A DNA stretch of 64,000 nt from Amoebidium appalachense (GCA_963693365.1 CAVNZM010000001.1:10752161-10816160), one strand, 5' to 3'. Shown: positions 1-24,320, counted from the first letter of the stretch. The notes: generated from the sequence alone by a model not told the origin. Made by a program: numbers and translations.

Positions 1-253
1 AAAGTGGTCATAAGGCATATTTTTGTACATGTACACACGCACACATGCACTCAAACACCGTAACTCCCAAGCACACACACGACAAGGAAGCGCTCGGGCT
101 AGGAAAGTAATGCAGCCTCCTGTCCTTTCGTGCTGCTAAGAAGGGGTACGACACATACATGTACACATCAATGGCACATGTAGGCTTCGCTGGCACATTC
201 CACTCCCTTTTCAATCAAGGCTTCCACTCACACGTGTATGTCCCCGCACGCAG

Positions 254-9673
<9,420 letters not shown>

Positions 9674-10527
9674 ATGACGAGTCAGGACGCAGCTGGAGAA
9701 TTAAGACCAGCTGCTTGATCTTGGAGATACTCTGAAAAAGATGTTTCTGCAGGAACATACTTTTATTGTGCATTTATAAACACTGTCGCGGACAGTGGCA
9801 TTTTTTTATGAGAAGTTTGATAATATATATGTAGGCTTGGTCCGGTTAGAATATCGATGACATGTGCATTTTTGGTGGTCTGATTTGCAAAATATAACTT
9901 GAAAAAGCACATAGGTATAAAGATCAATAAATATGATCTGCATCGTAACTGTCTAAACCTACACACGGCGACTTACTCCTAGCCCCACCTACTTAAAGCA
10001 ATGGGATGTGGGGCTGTCTGTGTGTGTGTGGGTGTTTGGGTGTGTGTGGGTGTGGAAGTGTTTATCACGGCGTGGGCGGGTGTTTGTGTGTGTAGAGCAT
10101 TTCACTGCATGATATAACTTCCTCATGAAACCCACACCACACATATCCTTCGTCTAAGCCCCTCCACTTGAAAACATGGGGTGTGGTTGGTGGTGTGTGT
10201 GTGGTTGAGTGTGCAAGGTACATGTATAGAGTTATCCTAAAGAAGACAGCAACCCCCAGACACTTATGTAGAACTTTCGGTTCGATATTCGCAGCCCTTT
10301 TGCTTACATAACGCAAATTCGACCTTGATCTGTTTAAAACCTCTGCACAATCGCGCGCGTGTGTGAGAGTTTGTGTGTGTTAGGCGCAGGCACGTACTGT
10401 TACAGTACTAAATTCACTGAATCCTGTCAGTGATGATGCCTGCGATTCAAACACTTAACACAGGCCACCTCTAGCAGGGTTTCAGACCCTTTGCAGGATC
10501 GCCTGCACGTTCTCGCCTTCACTGCCC

Positions 10528-10589
<62 letters not shown>

Positions 10590-10654
10590 CTTACACTTCA
10601 CCGCGGCACGTGACTTCGCACAGTGTGTGTCTGTGTGTGTGTGTGTGAAAGCGT

Positions 10655-10689
<35 letters not shown>

Positions 10690-11135
10690 AAGCCCTACAG
10701 CCCAGTAATGCTGCAGTAAACGCCTACACCACATCACGAGATGGGGGCCCCCGGGAGGTCTTTTTTTGGGGGGGGGGGAGGGAGGGGGGACGAACCCAAC
10801 ATACTGCAGCTTGTTGATGCTGGCGAGTTTTTGTTTCGTTAACACCCCTCCCTCTCCCCCCCCCCCCCCCCCCCTCCCACACACACACACACACACACCT
10901 CCCCCCGGCCCACCTCTCGAGTTCGTGATGCGGTGAAGTAACGTTGTATAAGGGGCTTTTTTTTACCAACCGGTACCGGTACCATATGTGTATCTCAGCA
11001 ATGGTGAACCAATGTTGTAGGTCACATGCATTAGTGTGCGCGAATATGTGAGCTCTCTTATGGCCGCCGGATCTAGGGAAGCTTCAAGACTCTATATGGC
11101 ACGTGGGGGGATGCATATGGGGAGAATGGCCCGGT

Positions 11136-11173
<38 letters not shown>

Positions 11174-11485
11174 TATCTTCCTCGCTCGGGGAGCAACCAC
11201 CACGTACCCCCGTCCCGGCGACTCCCCCCTCCCCCCACCCCCTCCCCCGAACGAGAAAGACCCTTCAGGCGGCGGGGGAAAGGAGGGGCAGTGGTAGACT
11301 CGCCATCCGCCCTAATTCACATGTAGATGGGTGCCCCTCCTCGGGAGGAGGGGAGAGGGGGGGAAACACACTGTGACCCATCCTTCCCACCGCCAGGGCC
11401 ACGACGCACTGTCACAGTTACCGTATGGGAGATCGTGATATCACCTGAAACTTTCTGAAAGATAGACACCACACACTCAGTACAG

Positions 11486-11517
<32 letters not shown>

Positions 11518-11693
11518 GAGACCTCCCCTTCCCCCTCCCCCGGCCCTCCCCCCTCCCCGGGCCCCCCCTCCGAACCGAAGACGCATTCCAAAAGTCCACC
11601 CCCATCTTGAGCTAGCCCACAACTTCGTTCCCACATCATGGGCCTAAATGGATGACCATGCATGTGGCTCACTCGTGCTTATCGATGTACACA

Positions 11694-11734
<41 letters not shown>

Positions 11735-11766
11735 AGAAAAAAAAAAGAAAAACAAAAACCACCACT

Positions 11767-11813
<47 letters not shown>

Positions 11814-12029
11814 TGTCACAGGAAATTTTTGCACCGGGAAATTTTTGCACTAGATCGTCTCCCTAGACTGTTTAGAAAAAGGCTACGAAACACATGAAGC
11901 TCTGTTCAGCTCAATTTTTCTGAGTACTTTTAGACCTCTTTAGGTGGCCACGGTTATGTGTTTCTCTGTAGGATTTCAGCTCCATGCTGAATATTGTCAC
12001 AAAACCACTCCAGCTTCCACGTGAATAAA

Positions 12030-12069
<40 letters not shown>

Positions 12070-12268
12070 ACAAAATCTGACTTTTTTTGGCTGCCCAAAA
12101 GCCTGAAACTTAACAAAACCAACTACTAGAAACGTGCTATTCATATTTGAGTGCTAGAATGACCAAAGGGCAAGTAAACACACAGTGCAAACCCCATGGA
12201 CACGATAACTCAATTATTCCATCAACCTCCAGTGCAAAAATTTCCCGGTGCAAAAATTTCCTGTGACA
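11814..12268. mobile_element. 455-bp non-autonomous TIR element (MITE) with TGT...ACA ends, Ginger-like, inside a poly-C tract
   Basis: Perfect 38-bp inverted repeats: tgtcacaggaaatttttgcaccgggaaatttttgcact (11814-11851) and agtgcaaaaatttcccggtgcaaaaatttcctgtgaca (12231-12268). Each TIR contains ggaaatttttgcac twice. C-runs flank both sides. The Ginger label rests only on the TGTNR termini. Confidence 0.8.
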
Positions 12269-14091
12269 CCCCCCCCCCCCCCCCCCCCCAAAAAAATAGA
12301 AAGAAAGAAAAAACCACCACTAATTAACCCCATCCACCCACAGTTTTCCCCGGCACCCCAACATGCAGTGTTTCCTGCACGACCTGCTCTCTTTTCCATG
12401 GCAATTACAGTACTCGTATACCTGCAAGCACTTTGGTTGTTTTGCTTACTGCATGTATTGGTCCCAACGATTCAACCCTAATACCAAAGTAACACCACTT
12501 TAGAATCAGCAAGGACACAGTGTCACACACACACTGTCAGGCGCGTGCGTAGGCACGCGCACACACACGCACGCACACACACACACATCATACACCTGTG
12601 CTCGTCCTGGCAGTGCACACACACTTACCACACACACACACACTGTCAGAAGCCTTGACACACATGTGCCCTGTGACACCTGCACGGAAACACAGGCCGG
12701 ATGCACTCGTGAGATGTGCACATATGTACAGATGTACATCAAAAGCGTGTTATCCACTTCTGATCCGAGGCCGATTTTAGTGCATATAATAGAAAAAAGG
12801 CATAACACCCATGCACTCATGCACGTATCAATGCATGCACACATGCACACCGTGCTGTGTCACACTGGCACACACACACACACACGTTCAAACAGGTGTG
12901 ACACACATTCACGGACACTGTGCTCACTGAGTATGTGCAGGCGCATACACAAGCGCGCACAAAAACACCCACTTTCTCTCCTCCTCGGTTTTCTCTTAAT
13001 TTCAAACCCCCCCCCCCCCCCCCCCCCTCCCCCCTCTCCCCTCCCCAGGAGCCCACCACACTAGCCGAATGAAGTTGTCGTGGCAGAAATAATTCTGCAG
13101 AATACCTGTGTAAGAACCGACTTATTCTGCAAGCAGCTGCAAAACAAGATACAGTCTGCAAAAAGTGGAATGGTTCTCCCTTCATAATATCTTGGAAATT
13201 AAAAGCGGAACTATTCTGCCAAATCCGAATCTTGCTGCAACAAACAGATGATTATTCTCACGGTGCTGAGCATGAGCATGATTATGGTGATGTGGTTGAA
13301 CCCTCCCTCGGCAACCTCTCATCTTTTTTCTACCTACCCCCCCCTCCCCCCCCTCCCCCCCCCCCCCCCCCCCCCCCCCCAACGCCCGCCAAAAAAAAAA
13401 AAAAAAAAGGCGCCAGGAGCGGGGGGAAAGGGGGTTGACAAGCTGTACGGTACGTGTTACTACCTAGGCTAGCTAGCGATCTAATTAGGGGCTATTTGCG
13501 ATTGGGATATCTTTTAACGACTGCGAGCCTAGCCTACTTAGGTATTCTTGATTCTAAAACCGGGAGAAAGTAGTAGCTAGGTTGGGGGAGGAGGGGACCC
13601 ACCCACACCCTTGGGCTGGTGGGAACCCCCCCCCTGCCCCCCCCCCCCAGGACCCACCCACCCTTCCGGCTAGCAGGGGGGGGGGGGGGGGGGGGGGGGG
13701 AGGGGGGGGGGGGGGACCCACCACCCACCCACCGCATAGGCTGCTATCATATGACTATATCAGATAATCAAATCATACACAGTACTATGATTTAGCCTGC
13801 GGTTTACATACATTCCCGTAAACATTGAGGCTAACTAACTTAAGTCATTGAGTATCTTGATCACCTGAAACAAGCGTATTTAATTCACACGTACCTGCAC
13901 ACGTATACTACACATGCACAAGAGGTGCACAAACGTTGACCAGCGGTGAGAACCCGACATCATATGCAAATACACGCACCCACACCATACACACATGAAT
14001 TTTCCCCCCACACAGATGCGCACATGAACACTGCATGGTTTGCACGATAACTTTGCCCTAATACTATTAGAAATAGTTGGCCGTTGCACAT

Positions 14092-14129
<38 letters not shown>

Positions 14130-14584
14130 GTCCGTGTGTGTGTGAGTGTGTGTGTTTGTGTGTGTGTGTGTGTGCGTGTGTGTTGTGGGTGTGTGTGTGT
14201 GCGTGCGCATGTGCACATGCATGTACTTGTGTAAACGACCAGGGTGAGAGAGGGGGGGGGGGGGGGGGGGGGGGGGGACTCCGAGGAGGTGAGTGAGGCG
14301 GGAGGGGCTGGGGCGGGGGGAGGGAAGGGGGGAGGGAAGGGCCCGGGGGGAAGGGGGTTCGGGTCGTTTAACGAAAATGACATGGAGCATATACGGCGTG
14401 CGCACATTCGCCGCGGACAACACAAATTAAAAGCAGACCTTGCAGAGAACACTCAATGAATATGAAACCGGCAGAAGAAGAGCACTGTAAGCTGAGGGGT
14501 GTGAAATGTGGGCGTGCGTGTGTGTGTGTGTGTTTGTGTGTATGTGTGTGTGCGTGTGTGCGTGTGTGTGTGTGGTGCTTATGT

Positions 14585-14617
<33 letters not shown>

Positions 14618-14628
14618 GAATCGCGCCC

Positions 14629-14659
<31 letters not shown>

Positions 14660-15701
14660 GGATGCATCAGTGGCTATAGAACGGGAAAAAGAAACAAAAA
14701 AAAAAAAACGAATACATGTATAACTTTGGTTGCCGGTGGAAACGAGACTTTGGCCATGATCACACGAATGGGCAGGCGGGCGGGCGGGCGGCGGGGGGAT
14801 GGGGGTGGGGGTGGGGGCGAGGGTGGGGGGGGGGGGGGGGGGGGGAGGGGGGGGGGGAGAGAGGGTTAAGGGAGGGAGAACCCACCACCCCATTCACCCA
14901 GGTGGGTCCCTCCCCCCCCCTTCGGCGGGGGAGGGAGGGGGGAGGGGGGAGGGGGGCGGGGGGAGGGGGGACCCACCCACCGTTGCGGCTACCTTGGGGA
15001 ACGGGGGAGGGGGGACCCACCCACCCCCGGAGAGAGTGGTTCCTCCCCCACCCGGAGGGGGGGGGGGATGGGGGGGGGGGGGTACCACCACGGCGGACGT
15101 CGATATTAACTACTCCCCCCTCCGCATTTCAAAGTCAAAAATCCCGTAGGCCATGTTGGTGTACATAGATCATGTTAGTACACGCATACCATTGGGATAG
15201 CACAAGGTTGCGTGTGCATAATAGTGGCACTAGGAACGCCTTTTGTATGTAGGGGCTTTTCTGAACCCACCCTGCCGTGCCCGGGCTCCGTGAAGGGCTT
15301 CGAGACAAGCTTTGCAGCGCCTTGCTTCAAATCAAGGCCTCCTTATCACCCGGAGGCCTTGCTGTGCGCGCGCGGGTGTGCAGCGTCCATACAAAGTTTG
15401 CCCTACTCTACCCTCCTCTCCATTGTCTGGGTATCCAATCATATCGCTTCACGATTACACACCAGGGTGTGTAAACAGTAACATAAACCTCTTTACTTAC
15501 ACGTTATTTCGAAAAAACATCTTTTTCATATGGGTTAATCTATTGAAACCCGAAAATAAAACTGGATTTATGTTTTGCAATTAACACCCTGACCACATTT
15601 TTGGGGCGGCGTGTGTGCCTGTGCAAATAAATACGCCCCCGCGGCTTTTTTCCAGTTTTGTCCCCCTCCCCGTCCCTTGTACTCGTGGTGGTTGTGGCAA
15701 A

Positions 15702-17830
15702 ATGTCCCTGCTCCGTACTACCGCTTCGCGCGCCACCCAGGTTGCACGCTCGGTAGGTTTATTTTTCTGTTTTTTCTGTTTTCTTTTTTCTTTCGTTCTT
15801 GTTAGCACTTGTTGTTTCTTATGCGCTTCGTTTTTACATGGCTTTGCGTGGTAGGTTGCGGGTGGGGTTGGGAGTTTGTTATGAAGTTGAGTTTGCGTGA
15901 AAGGCTGAGACAGACGAAGGGTTTTTGCGCATTCATGAAGTATAAATGATTACAGTTATGCAGAGGCTGTGTTTGAAAGTATAGTTAAGAAAGTCCCTTC
16001 ATCACTCCGTGAAGTTTGAACGGGTTGTTCATCTACTCTTCCTCCCCCCCCCCCCCCCCCCCCCTCCCTCCTCCCCCCTCCACACATACAAACACACACA
16101 CACGCCCCCCCCCCCCCCTCCCCTCCCCCCTCCCCCCCCCCCTTTCCCCCCACATCCGCATCACAGCTGCAGGCACCCGGCGTGCAGCAGGTGCGCTTCC
16201 TCAACCTCCACGAGTACCAGAGCAAGCGTATGCCCCCTTTCCCTCCCCCCCCCCCCCTCCCCCCCCCCCCCCTTCCCCCTCCCCTCTCCTTCTCACCGCG
16301 CTTTTCCTCCCCCATTTCCCCTCGTTCCGAACACGCACCGATGCATACACACGTGTGTGCATACACACGCACATACACAGACACACTTACACACACACTC
16401 CCTCACTCTCACACTCACACACAGACACACACGTTGGCGCAAGCTTGCTATCTTCATTCATTCCTCTTATCCTTCTTCTCTCCCCGTCCCAACTCTCTGC
16501 ACCGGCAGCGCTTCACGTTACCTGCAAGCAGCCCGATTTATTTCTAGCACCATGTTTGTCTATTTCTTTTTCCACGGTGTTTCAAGCTTTAGAGGGCCAG
16601 CTGAAGAAACTGAGGCATTAGATGTTTGGAACGTGGAGAGGAGGGAGGAATTTTTTTTTGGAGGGAGGGGGGGGCGGAGGAGGTGGGGGGTTAGGGGGGA
16701 AGGTGACATGAGTGGTGTTGTGGAGTTTTGGGGGGGTTCCGAGGGGGAAAGAGGGGGGGGGGGGGGGGGGGGGGGGGAAGGAGGGGTTGGGTAGGGGGGA
16801 TCGAGGTTGGTTAAAGATTGTTGGTGTGGTGTGTTGGGTGTTGTTGGTGGTGGTATCTGGGTGAATGTTTTGGGGGGAGGGGGTGGGGGGGGGGGGACGG
16901 GGAGGGAGGGGGGGGGGGGAAAGAGGGGAGGGCGGCACTTGCCAGTGAAAAAAGCAACGACAGAATTGTTCACGAGCACGAGCAAAGAGAATGTTTACTC
17001 CCTCTTTTCACCCAAGTTCCTGTGTTGTAAGTGGTGATACAACCGGTGTGTTCACATGTATATCAACCACCCGCCTCTTCCATTCAGTGCATTGGCACAA
17101 CAAAACCAGGCAGACGTACTTAAACTCTGACATCTCTTTTCAGAGCTCATGTACAAGCATGGTGTTGCCACGCAGAAGTTCAAGATGATTGAGTACCCGT
17201 CGCAGGCCCGTGCTGCCGCTGCTGCCCTGAGTATTTACACCCCCCCCCTCCCCCCCCCCTCCCCCGGAGATCTGAAACCCATGCTTTTGTGGAGACATAG
17301 GAACCCCCCTGATGATGGGCTCTGTTCAAGTGTCTTCTGCCTGCACGCTTAAATTTATTCGGTTTCGGGCTTCTCATTTTTGTGACGTTTTGTGGTTGCC
17401 CTTTCTTTTCTCCTCCATTTTTCCAACCCCCTGACGCATACATCACCCCCCTCCCCTCCCCCCCTCCCCTCCCCCCTCTTCTCATCACCCAACCTACACA
17501 CACACGCACACAGAGATAAAGAGAGAGATACACATGCACACACACAAAAACGATGTTTAGACCTGTTGAATCCGATGTGGCCCATAACTTAGGCACGGCT
17601 TCAAGTTTTGTGGTCCTTTGTGTCGTGTTTGTGCTCCGCTTTTCCACCCTCTGCTGTGTCCCCCCCCCCCTCTGTGTGTATTGCTGATGTTGCATACTTG
17701 AATGTTTGCCCTTGCATGTGTCCTGCACCATGCTACTCATTGTGTATGTGCACTTCGTACCGTGTTCCGCATTAAACCCCCCCCCCTCCCCCTTCCTGAG
17801 ATTGGGGTCTTTTTTGCATCATAGTGCTGG

Positions 17831-17883
<53 letters not shown>

Positions 17884-18368
17884 ACACACCTGCAGTGTGG
17901 TGCATGTGTGTGTGAGGCTGCAGCACCCGTGACATCACCCCCTTCGACCCCCCCCCCCCCCTCTCCGCCCTCTCCTCCAGCTTTTCACTTTAACAAACGA
18001 ACAACAATTTAAATCTCAACACTTTTGCTCTTTGCTCCCGACCCCTTCTTCCATTTTGTAAAGGTGGTTTGGCAACTAAAACATTCCGAGGTGTTATTTT
18101 CTTTTTTTTTGTTTTTTTTTGGGGTGATGTGGGATGGGGATATGCACACTTAGGTATACCGGCAGAGTGGCAACACACACGCTATCGGTTCAAAGGGTGT
18201 GCAAAAGGAAAATGGGCTCGGGTTGGATGGTCCCCTTGTGCGGCTGGAGGGTGGCACGTACTTGAGCCACACAGACACGTGTGAGTGTGTGCGTGTGTGG
18301 TGTGTGTGTGTGTGGGTGTGCGTGTGTGGGTGCACATGTTTGTGCACGTGTGGTGTGCTTGTATGCAT

Positions 18369-18406
<38 letters not shown>

Positions 18407-18619
18407 GCGTGCGCGCGCATGTGTGTGGTGTGTGTAATGTGGGGAATCTGTGGTGACCATGTGACTGACACGTGTCTCTCTCTCTCTCTCTGTGTGTGTG
18501 TACACGTGCAGATGTGCCTGAGTTGGTGGTGAAGGCTCAGATCCACGCCGGTGGCCGTGGAAAGGGCACCTTTGATAGTGGCCTGCAGGGCGGTGTGCAC
18601 ATCGTCAAGAAGTACGCGC

Positions 18620-18650
<31 letters not shown>

Positions 18651-18733
18651 GTGCTGGTGGTGATGGTGGTGGTGGTGTGTGTGTTTGGGGGATTGGGGGG
18701 ATTAGCATGTACTTGTTTGTGTGTGTTTGTTTG

Positions 18734-18774
<41 letters not shown>

Positions 18775-18942
18775 ACGAGGATTTTTGGAGGGGGGAAGGA
18801 TGGGGAGGTTTGTACATTTCCTCCCTGCCATGGCTCGTAATCCCCCCCCCACACATGCGTGTGTGCCCGCACACACACAGGCGGGCCGACAGGCTCAATA
18901 TACAGACCGGAGGAAACAGGAAACATCTTTCAACAACCCCTC

Positions 18943-18983
<41 letters not shown>

Positions 18984-19265
18984 CTCCCCTCCCTCTCTCC
19001 CCCTCCTCCCCCTCCTCCTTACTTCAAAGAGACTAGTTTCCCGAATTTCCCAAGCCGATATTCATTGCATATTTTCCCCTAAACCTACTTTATTTTTAAC
19101 TATATAATTTTAAATAGGCCCGAGGAGGTGGAACGCCTTGCCCAGCAGATGCTCGGCTACAACCTCAAGACTAAGCAGACCACCGGCAACGGTGTGCTCG
19201 TGCGCAAGGTGTGTGTGTGTGTGTGTCCGTGTCCACTTTGATTGCAGGTTGTGAGTATTTGCATT

Positions 19266-19296
<31 letters not shown>

Positions 19297-19667
19297 GTCC
19301 CCCCCTTCCCTCTTTCTGCGGATCAGGTATTTGGGGTGAGGTGTGTGTATGTGTGTTGTGGGGGACGGGGCGGTGGAGAGAGAGAAAGTATATCGATTTG
19401 GGTTTGGTACATGTAACAGTACACCGTCGTATGGTTAGTCGTGCTGTTGTTCGTGTTCTGACGTTCAGATCTATCCAACGGCCCAACCATGCTTTAAACC
19501 ATACATGCACAATGTTATTTGTGATATATTTTTAATTAACCCATTTCATTGGCTGCAGGTCATGATTGCCGAGGCTCTTGACATTGTCAAGGAGACCTAC
19601 TTTGCCATTCTCATGGACCGCACTTTCGGTGGCCCCGTCATGATTGCCTCCCCCGAGGTTTGCACAT

Positions 19668-19698
<31 letters not shown>

Positions 19699-19905
19699 CC
19701 CTCCCTCCTCTCTCTCTTACCTCTCTCTTGAACTAACATGACCGTGTAGCCCCCCCCCCCCCCCCTCCTCCCCCCTCCCTCCCTCCCTCACCTTCCTGGA
19801 AATCACCCTCCCCGGATGCCCCATCCACGCTTAAGTGAAGCAGTGTCTGAGTTGGTGTCAAAGGGGAACTGATTAGTTCTAAACTCGGTCACTGTTGATG
19901 TCTTC

Positions 19906-19941
<36 letters not shown>

Positions 19942-20831
19942 ACCTTTTCAGCCTTTTCAGCCTTGCTTATGATGCGTATTCCTTGTGTGTCCGGCAAAAT
20001 TGGCTTCGTGTTGTCCGTTGTAAGGGTACCTTGTACTGTTACTCGTTCTACCCCCCCCCTCCCCCCCCCCCCCCCCCCCCCCCCCCCCCACCCCCCCACC
20101 ACCAAAAAAAAAAAAAAAAAAAAAAAAGAAAAGGTATTTGGGGAGGGGGGGGGGGGGGGAGGGGGGAGGGGGGAGCTGTATAGTATGTGGCTGACATCCT
20201 CGTGTTTTTTTTTTTTTTTTGTTCGTTTGTTTGAAATTTCTAAGTCTGACATTGAGGGGTTTATAGGGCGGCATGGATATTGAGGAGGTTGCCCACCGCA
20301 CCCCCGAGAAGATCTTCAAGATGCCCGTTGATATCAACAAGGGTGTGCAGGTAACGAGGTCCTCGATATTGTCATGTCACGGGGGTTGCCTGGGTGGTTG
20401 GCATGCCAGAGGGCGGTGTGTGTGTGTGTGTGGGGGGGGGGGGGGGGTTTGGAAAACTTAAAGGGGGACCGTAGTGGTGGTTGTGGTGTGTAGGGGATGG
20501 GAAGGGGGGAGGGTTAAGGGACATAATCTAATGCTGCCATGTAGATGTAATTGTAGTTGTAGTCTGGATAGTACGTTGTGATAGGTGGCTAGTGTGCTTG
20601 GTCATGAAGGTGTAACCCTAAGTGTACGTGTATGCTGTTTGTTAGGGGCTAGCAATGGCATCTCCAAAAGCATCCGTTAGGGGGATGCGGGGGACCTGGT
20701 GTGTGTGTGCGTGTGTGGTTGTGAACAATGTTGGAAAGGTGCGCAGTGCATGCACATGTGGTTGGCGGGAAAAGTGGAGACACTTGTGCGCCATTTTGGG
20801 CCTGCGTGTAGGTGTGTGCGCCAGCATGCAC

Positions 20832-20865
<34 letters not shown>

Positions 20866-21158
20866 AGGTGTAGGTGGCTTTTTCAGAAAGGACACGTGCT
20901 TACATGTGTCGTTTGGTGCACAGCAAGAGCAGGTCGATAAGTTGGCCAAGGAGCTCGGGTTCACCTGTGAGCAGGCCAAGCAGGTATGCATGTGCGCACA
21001 CACACACGCACACACATGCACACACATGCAGACATGCACACATGCACACACACACGCACACACATGCACACACATGCACACATGCACACACACACGCACA
21101 CACATGCACATGCACACACGCACACACGCACACATGCACACACGCACAGACACACATG

Positions 21159-21210
<52 letters not shown>

Positions 21211-21489
21211 GGTATACACATGGGCAAGTGTGTACACACACGTACGACCCCCCCCCCCCCCCCCCCCAGCCACACGTGACGCGCACAATGTTACACACAC
21301 ACATCTAATGCACTGCACAGGCGCATTTTATGTACCAAATGACCCTGAGCCTGTTCTTTCAAACACACACCTTCGTGGTGTTGTCGATTCCAACCAAGTC
21401 TAACAGAACTGCCTTGCTTTTTATTCATTTAATTTTCCCTTTTTTTTCTTTATTTTTTTTTCCCGGAATAGAGAAAGGTGGAGAGGGGC

Positions 21490-21520
<31 letters not shown>

Positions 21521-21779
21521 CCCATGACCTATAATGAGTGAGGGTCTTATGGATTCTCTCACCTGTTGTTTTAACGAGAGAGTCTTATACGTTTACAAGG
21601 ATGGGGTACTTTTTACTTATAGCCTAAGAGGAGAGGGGGGTCTTTTACCTGCCTTGACTTATATATGGGGGGGGTTTCAGGCTGCCGAGGTGATGAAGGG
21701 GTTGTACAACATGTTCATGAAAGTGGACGCCACCCAGATTGAAATCAACCCCCTGGGTCAGACCAAGGAGGGCCAGGGT

Positions 21780-21829
<50 letters not shown>

Positions 21830-23452
21830 AGGAAGGGGTGTGTGTGTGTGTGCTGGGGAAGAGGTGTGGGGGTGAGAGTTTGGGTGTGTGTGGGGGCGGT
21901 AGTGGTTTTGGGGGGGGGGGGGGGGGGAGGGGGATGGGTATTTGTGGGTGTGGGTGTGTGGGTGTGTGGGTGTCGTGGGTAGGGTATGGAGGGGGAAGGG
22001 GTCGGGGTGATGTTCTGCGCTATGTGGGAGTGTGTGTCGTCGAGCTGATGCGTGTGTGTATGCACGGGGGGGGGGGGGGGGTAATGCTTGCGGGGTTGCG
22101 TGTGGGGTGGGTGGGGGTGGGTGCGCGCACTCAACCAGGTGGGTTGATGGGTTGTTTGCTCCCAGTCAACCCGCACCCCGGTCTCCCCCCCCCCCCCCCC
22201 CCCCCCCCCCCCAAACAGACCACTGTATGGAGACCGCTTTACTTCCATGCAACCGGGCTTGGTTGCTCTGTGTCGTGCATCTGTAAGCACATACACATTT
22301 TTCGCTGCACTGCTTTCGTTTGCACACACATCTTCACCGTTTTGCTCACCTTGCTTGCATAAGCAACCCTGCTCGTCTTTGATCAAGACGGGTTGACCCT
22401 CCCAAGTTCAGTTGATGCTGCTGTCTGTGTTGGAGAGTCGTATATACGCGGGCTAAGGGATCGAAACTCAGACGCAATTGATGACTTGGGCCCTCCCTGA
22501 GGATGGGCTCTGCTTATGACGCATACTGTGCGCATGGCTGATGTTACATACTTGAATGTTTGCCTTTGCATGTGTCCTGCACCATGCTTCTCATCGTGTA
22601 TTCGTACTTCGTACCGTGTTCCGCATTCAACCCCCCCACCGTTGGCGACAGCTCCCTTGGAACCCATGCGGCATGTTACCCGCCGGCTTAACATAACTCG
22701 GACTGTCGGGTTGCCTTTTTTTTCAAGCCCAAAGCAATGGGTGATACCATATTTCCGGCTGACATCCGGGGGCATAGCTTTCCGTTCGAAGACGTTAAAG
22801 TTCCGCCCTAGTAAGCGTGTTACTACCCTGCGGCGTGGGTCAAATCTCATATTTTCCCCTCTGATTGCGAATTCTGCCGCCTTCGGGACTTAATTCTTTT
22901 CAGCTGGTGTAGTATGTTAGCCAGGAAAGTATCGACTTAGGTAGCGACGGGGGAGCTTCCCAGAAGCCCCGTCTCCTGAGTTCCTATCTATATTTTTCTT
23001 GCTTCTGCTTACTGCTGCAACTTTAACCCCCGGCCTTTCCTACTGCCCTTGCCTGCATAAGTAACCCTGCTCGTCTCTGATCAAGACGGGTGACCTACCC
23101 ATGTTCAAATGAAACAGTATCTGAGTTGGGTTTCGTTAACGAGGTGAATAGGTCGAAACTCGGGTACTGTGGATGACGTGGGGCCCCCCTGAGGATGGGC
23201 TCTGCTTATTATGCATACTCTTTATGTATGGTTTGCATTCTGCATCGTGTTATCCGTTGTTCTTGTGTACTTCGTACTTTATGACGCATTCAAACCCCCC
23301 CCCCCCCCCCGGTCGAGTGCGGGGATGAGTTCTGCCTAAGTTACATATTTACACGCCTGCCTTTGCATTCCATGACGTGTCCTGCACAGTGTTTCTTGTC
23401 GTGAAGTTTTGTTCCGCATTCTAAGCCCTCCCTCGGCCTGCCCCCCGAGCCC

Positions 23453-23485
<33 letters not shown>

Positions 23486-23665
23486 CAGTGATCTGCTTCG
23501 ATGCGAAGATCAACTTTGACGACAATGCCGAGTTCCGCCAGCAGGACATTTTCAAGCAGAGGGACACGGCTGAGGAGGACCCCCGTGAGGTCGACGCCGG
23601 CACCCACGGCCTGAATTTCGTCGGCATGGACGGCAACATTGGCTGCATGGGTACGTAATCTTGCA

Positions 23666-23696
<31 letters not shown>

Positions 23697-23879
23697 TGGA
23701 TCACGCCCTCCCTATCTTTCTCTTTCCTTCCCCCCCTCCCCCTCCCCCCCTCAATCCTTCTTCCTTCATTCGATCTATCTTTACCCCCCTCCCCCCATCC
23801 CTTCCCTTCATTCTCACCCTCTCACCCTCTCTATCTCCCCACCCCCCCCCCCCCCTCCCCCATCCCTCCCTTTCCTTCC

Positions 23880-23912
<33 letters not shown>

Positions 23913-24226
23913 TTACGGCCTTTATGCTACCACTTTTACTTGCGTTGTTGGCTCATGGTAAATTTGTTTGATCTTTTTCGAGACCGACCTATTCAATTCT
24001 TTCTGTCAGTAGCCCGTTTCTCCCAAGAAAGATCACCACCTATGTCATGCTTCACACACATGCGCAAGCACCCCACTGCACGCACACATCGAACCACATG
24101 TCCTCCTCCCCCCCCCCCCCCCCCCTCCCCCCCCCCTCCCCTCCGTCTTCACACGGCCCCTTCATGTGCATAGTTTCTGACCATACTGATTTTTCCTCCC
24201 ATGTACCCCCGTGTGTGCCCCCCCCC

Positions 24227-24257
<31 letters not shown>

Positions 24258-24288
24258 ACACACACACCCACCCACCCACCCACCCACC

Positions 24289-24320
<32 letters not shown>

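Noticed and set aside
22825-22850. tRNA-derived SINE head (ggcgtgggtcaaatc resembles a T-arm/B-box)
   Set aside because: No cloverleaf or properly spaced A-box, and it lies ~190 nt inside the element.
22383-22893. ORFs inside the repeated elements (e.g. [23 protein letters not shown] recurring)
   Set aside because: They recur only because the DNA is repeated; indels break them between copies and there are no RT or transposase motifs.
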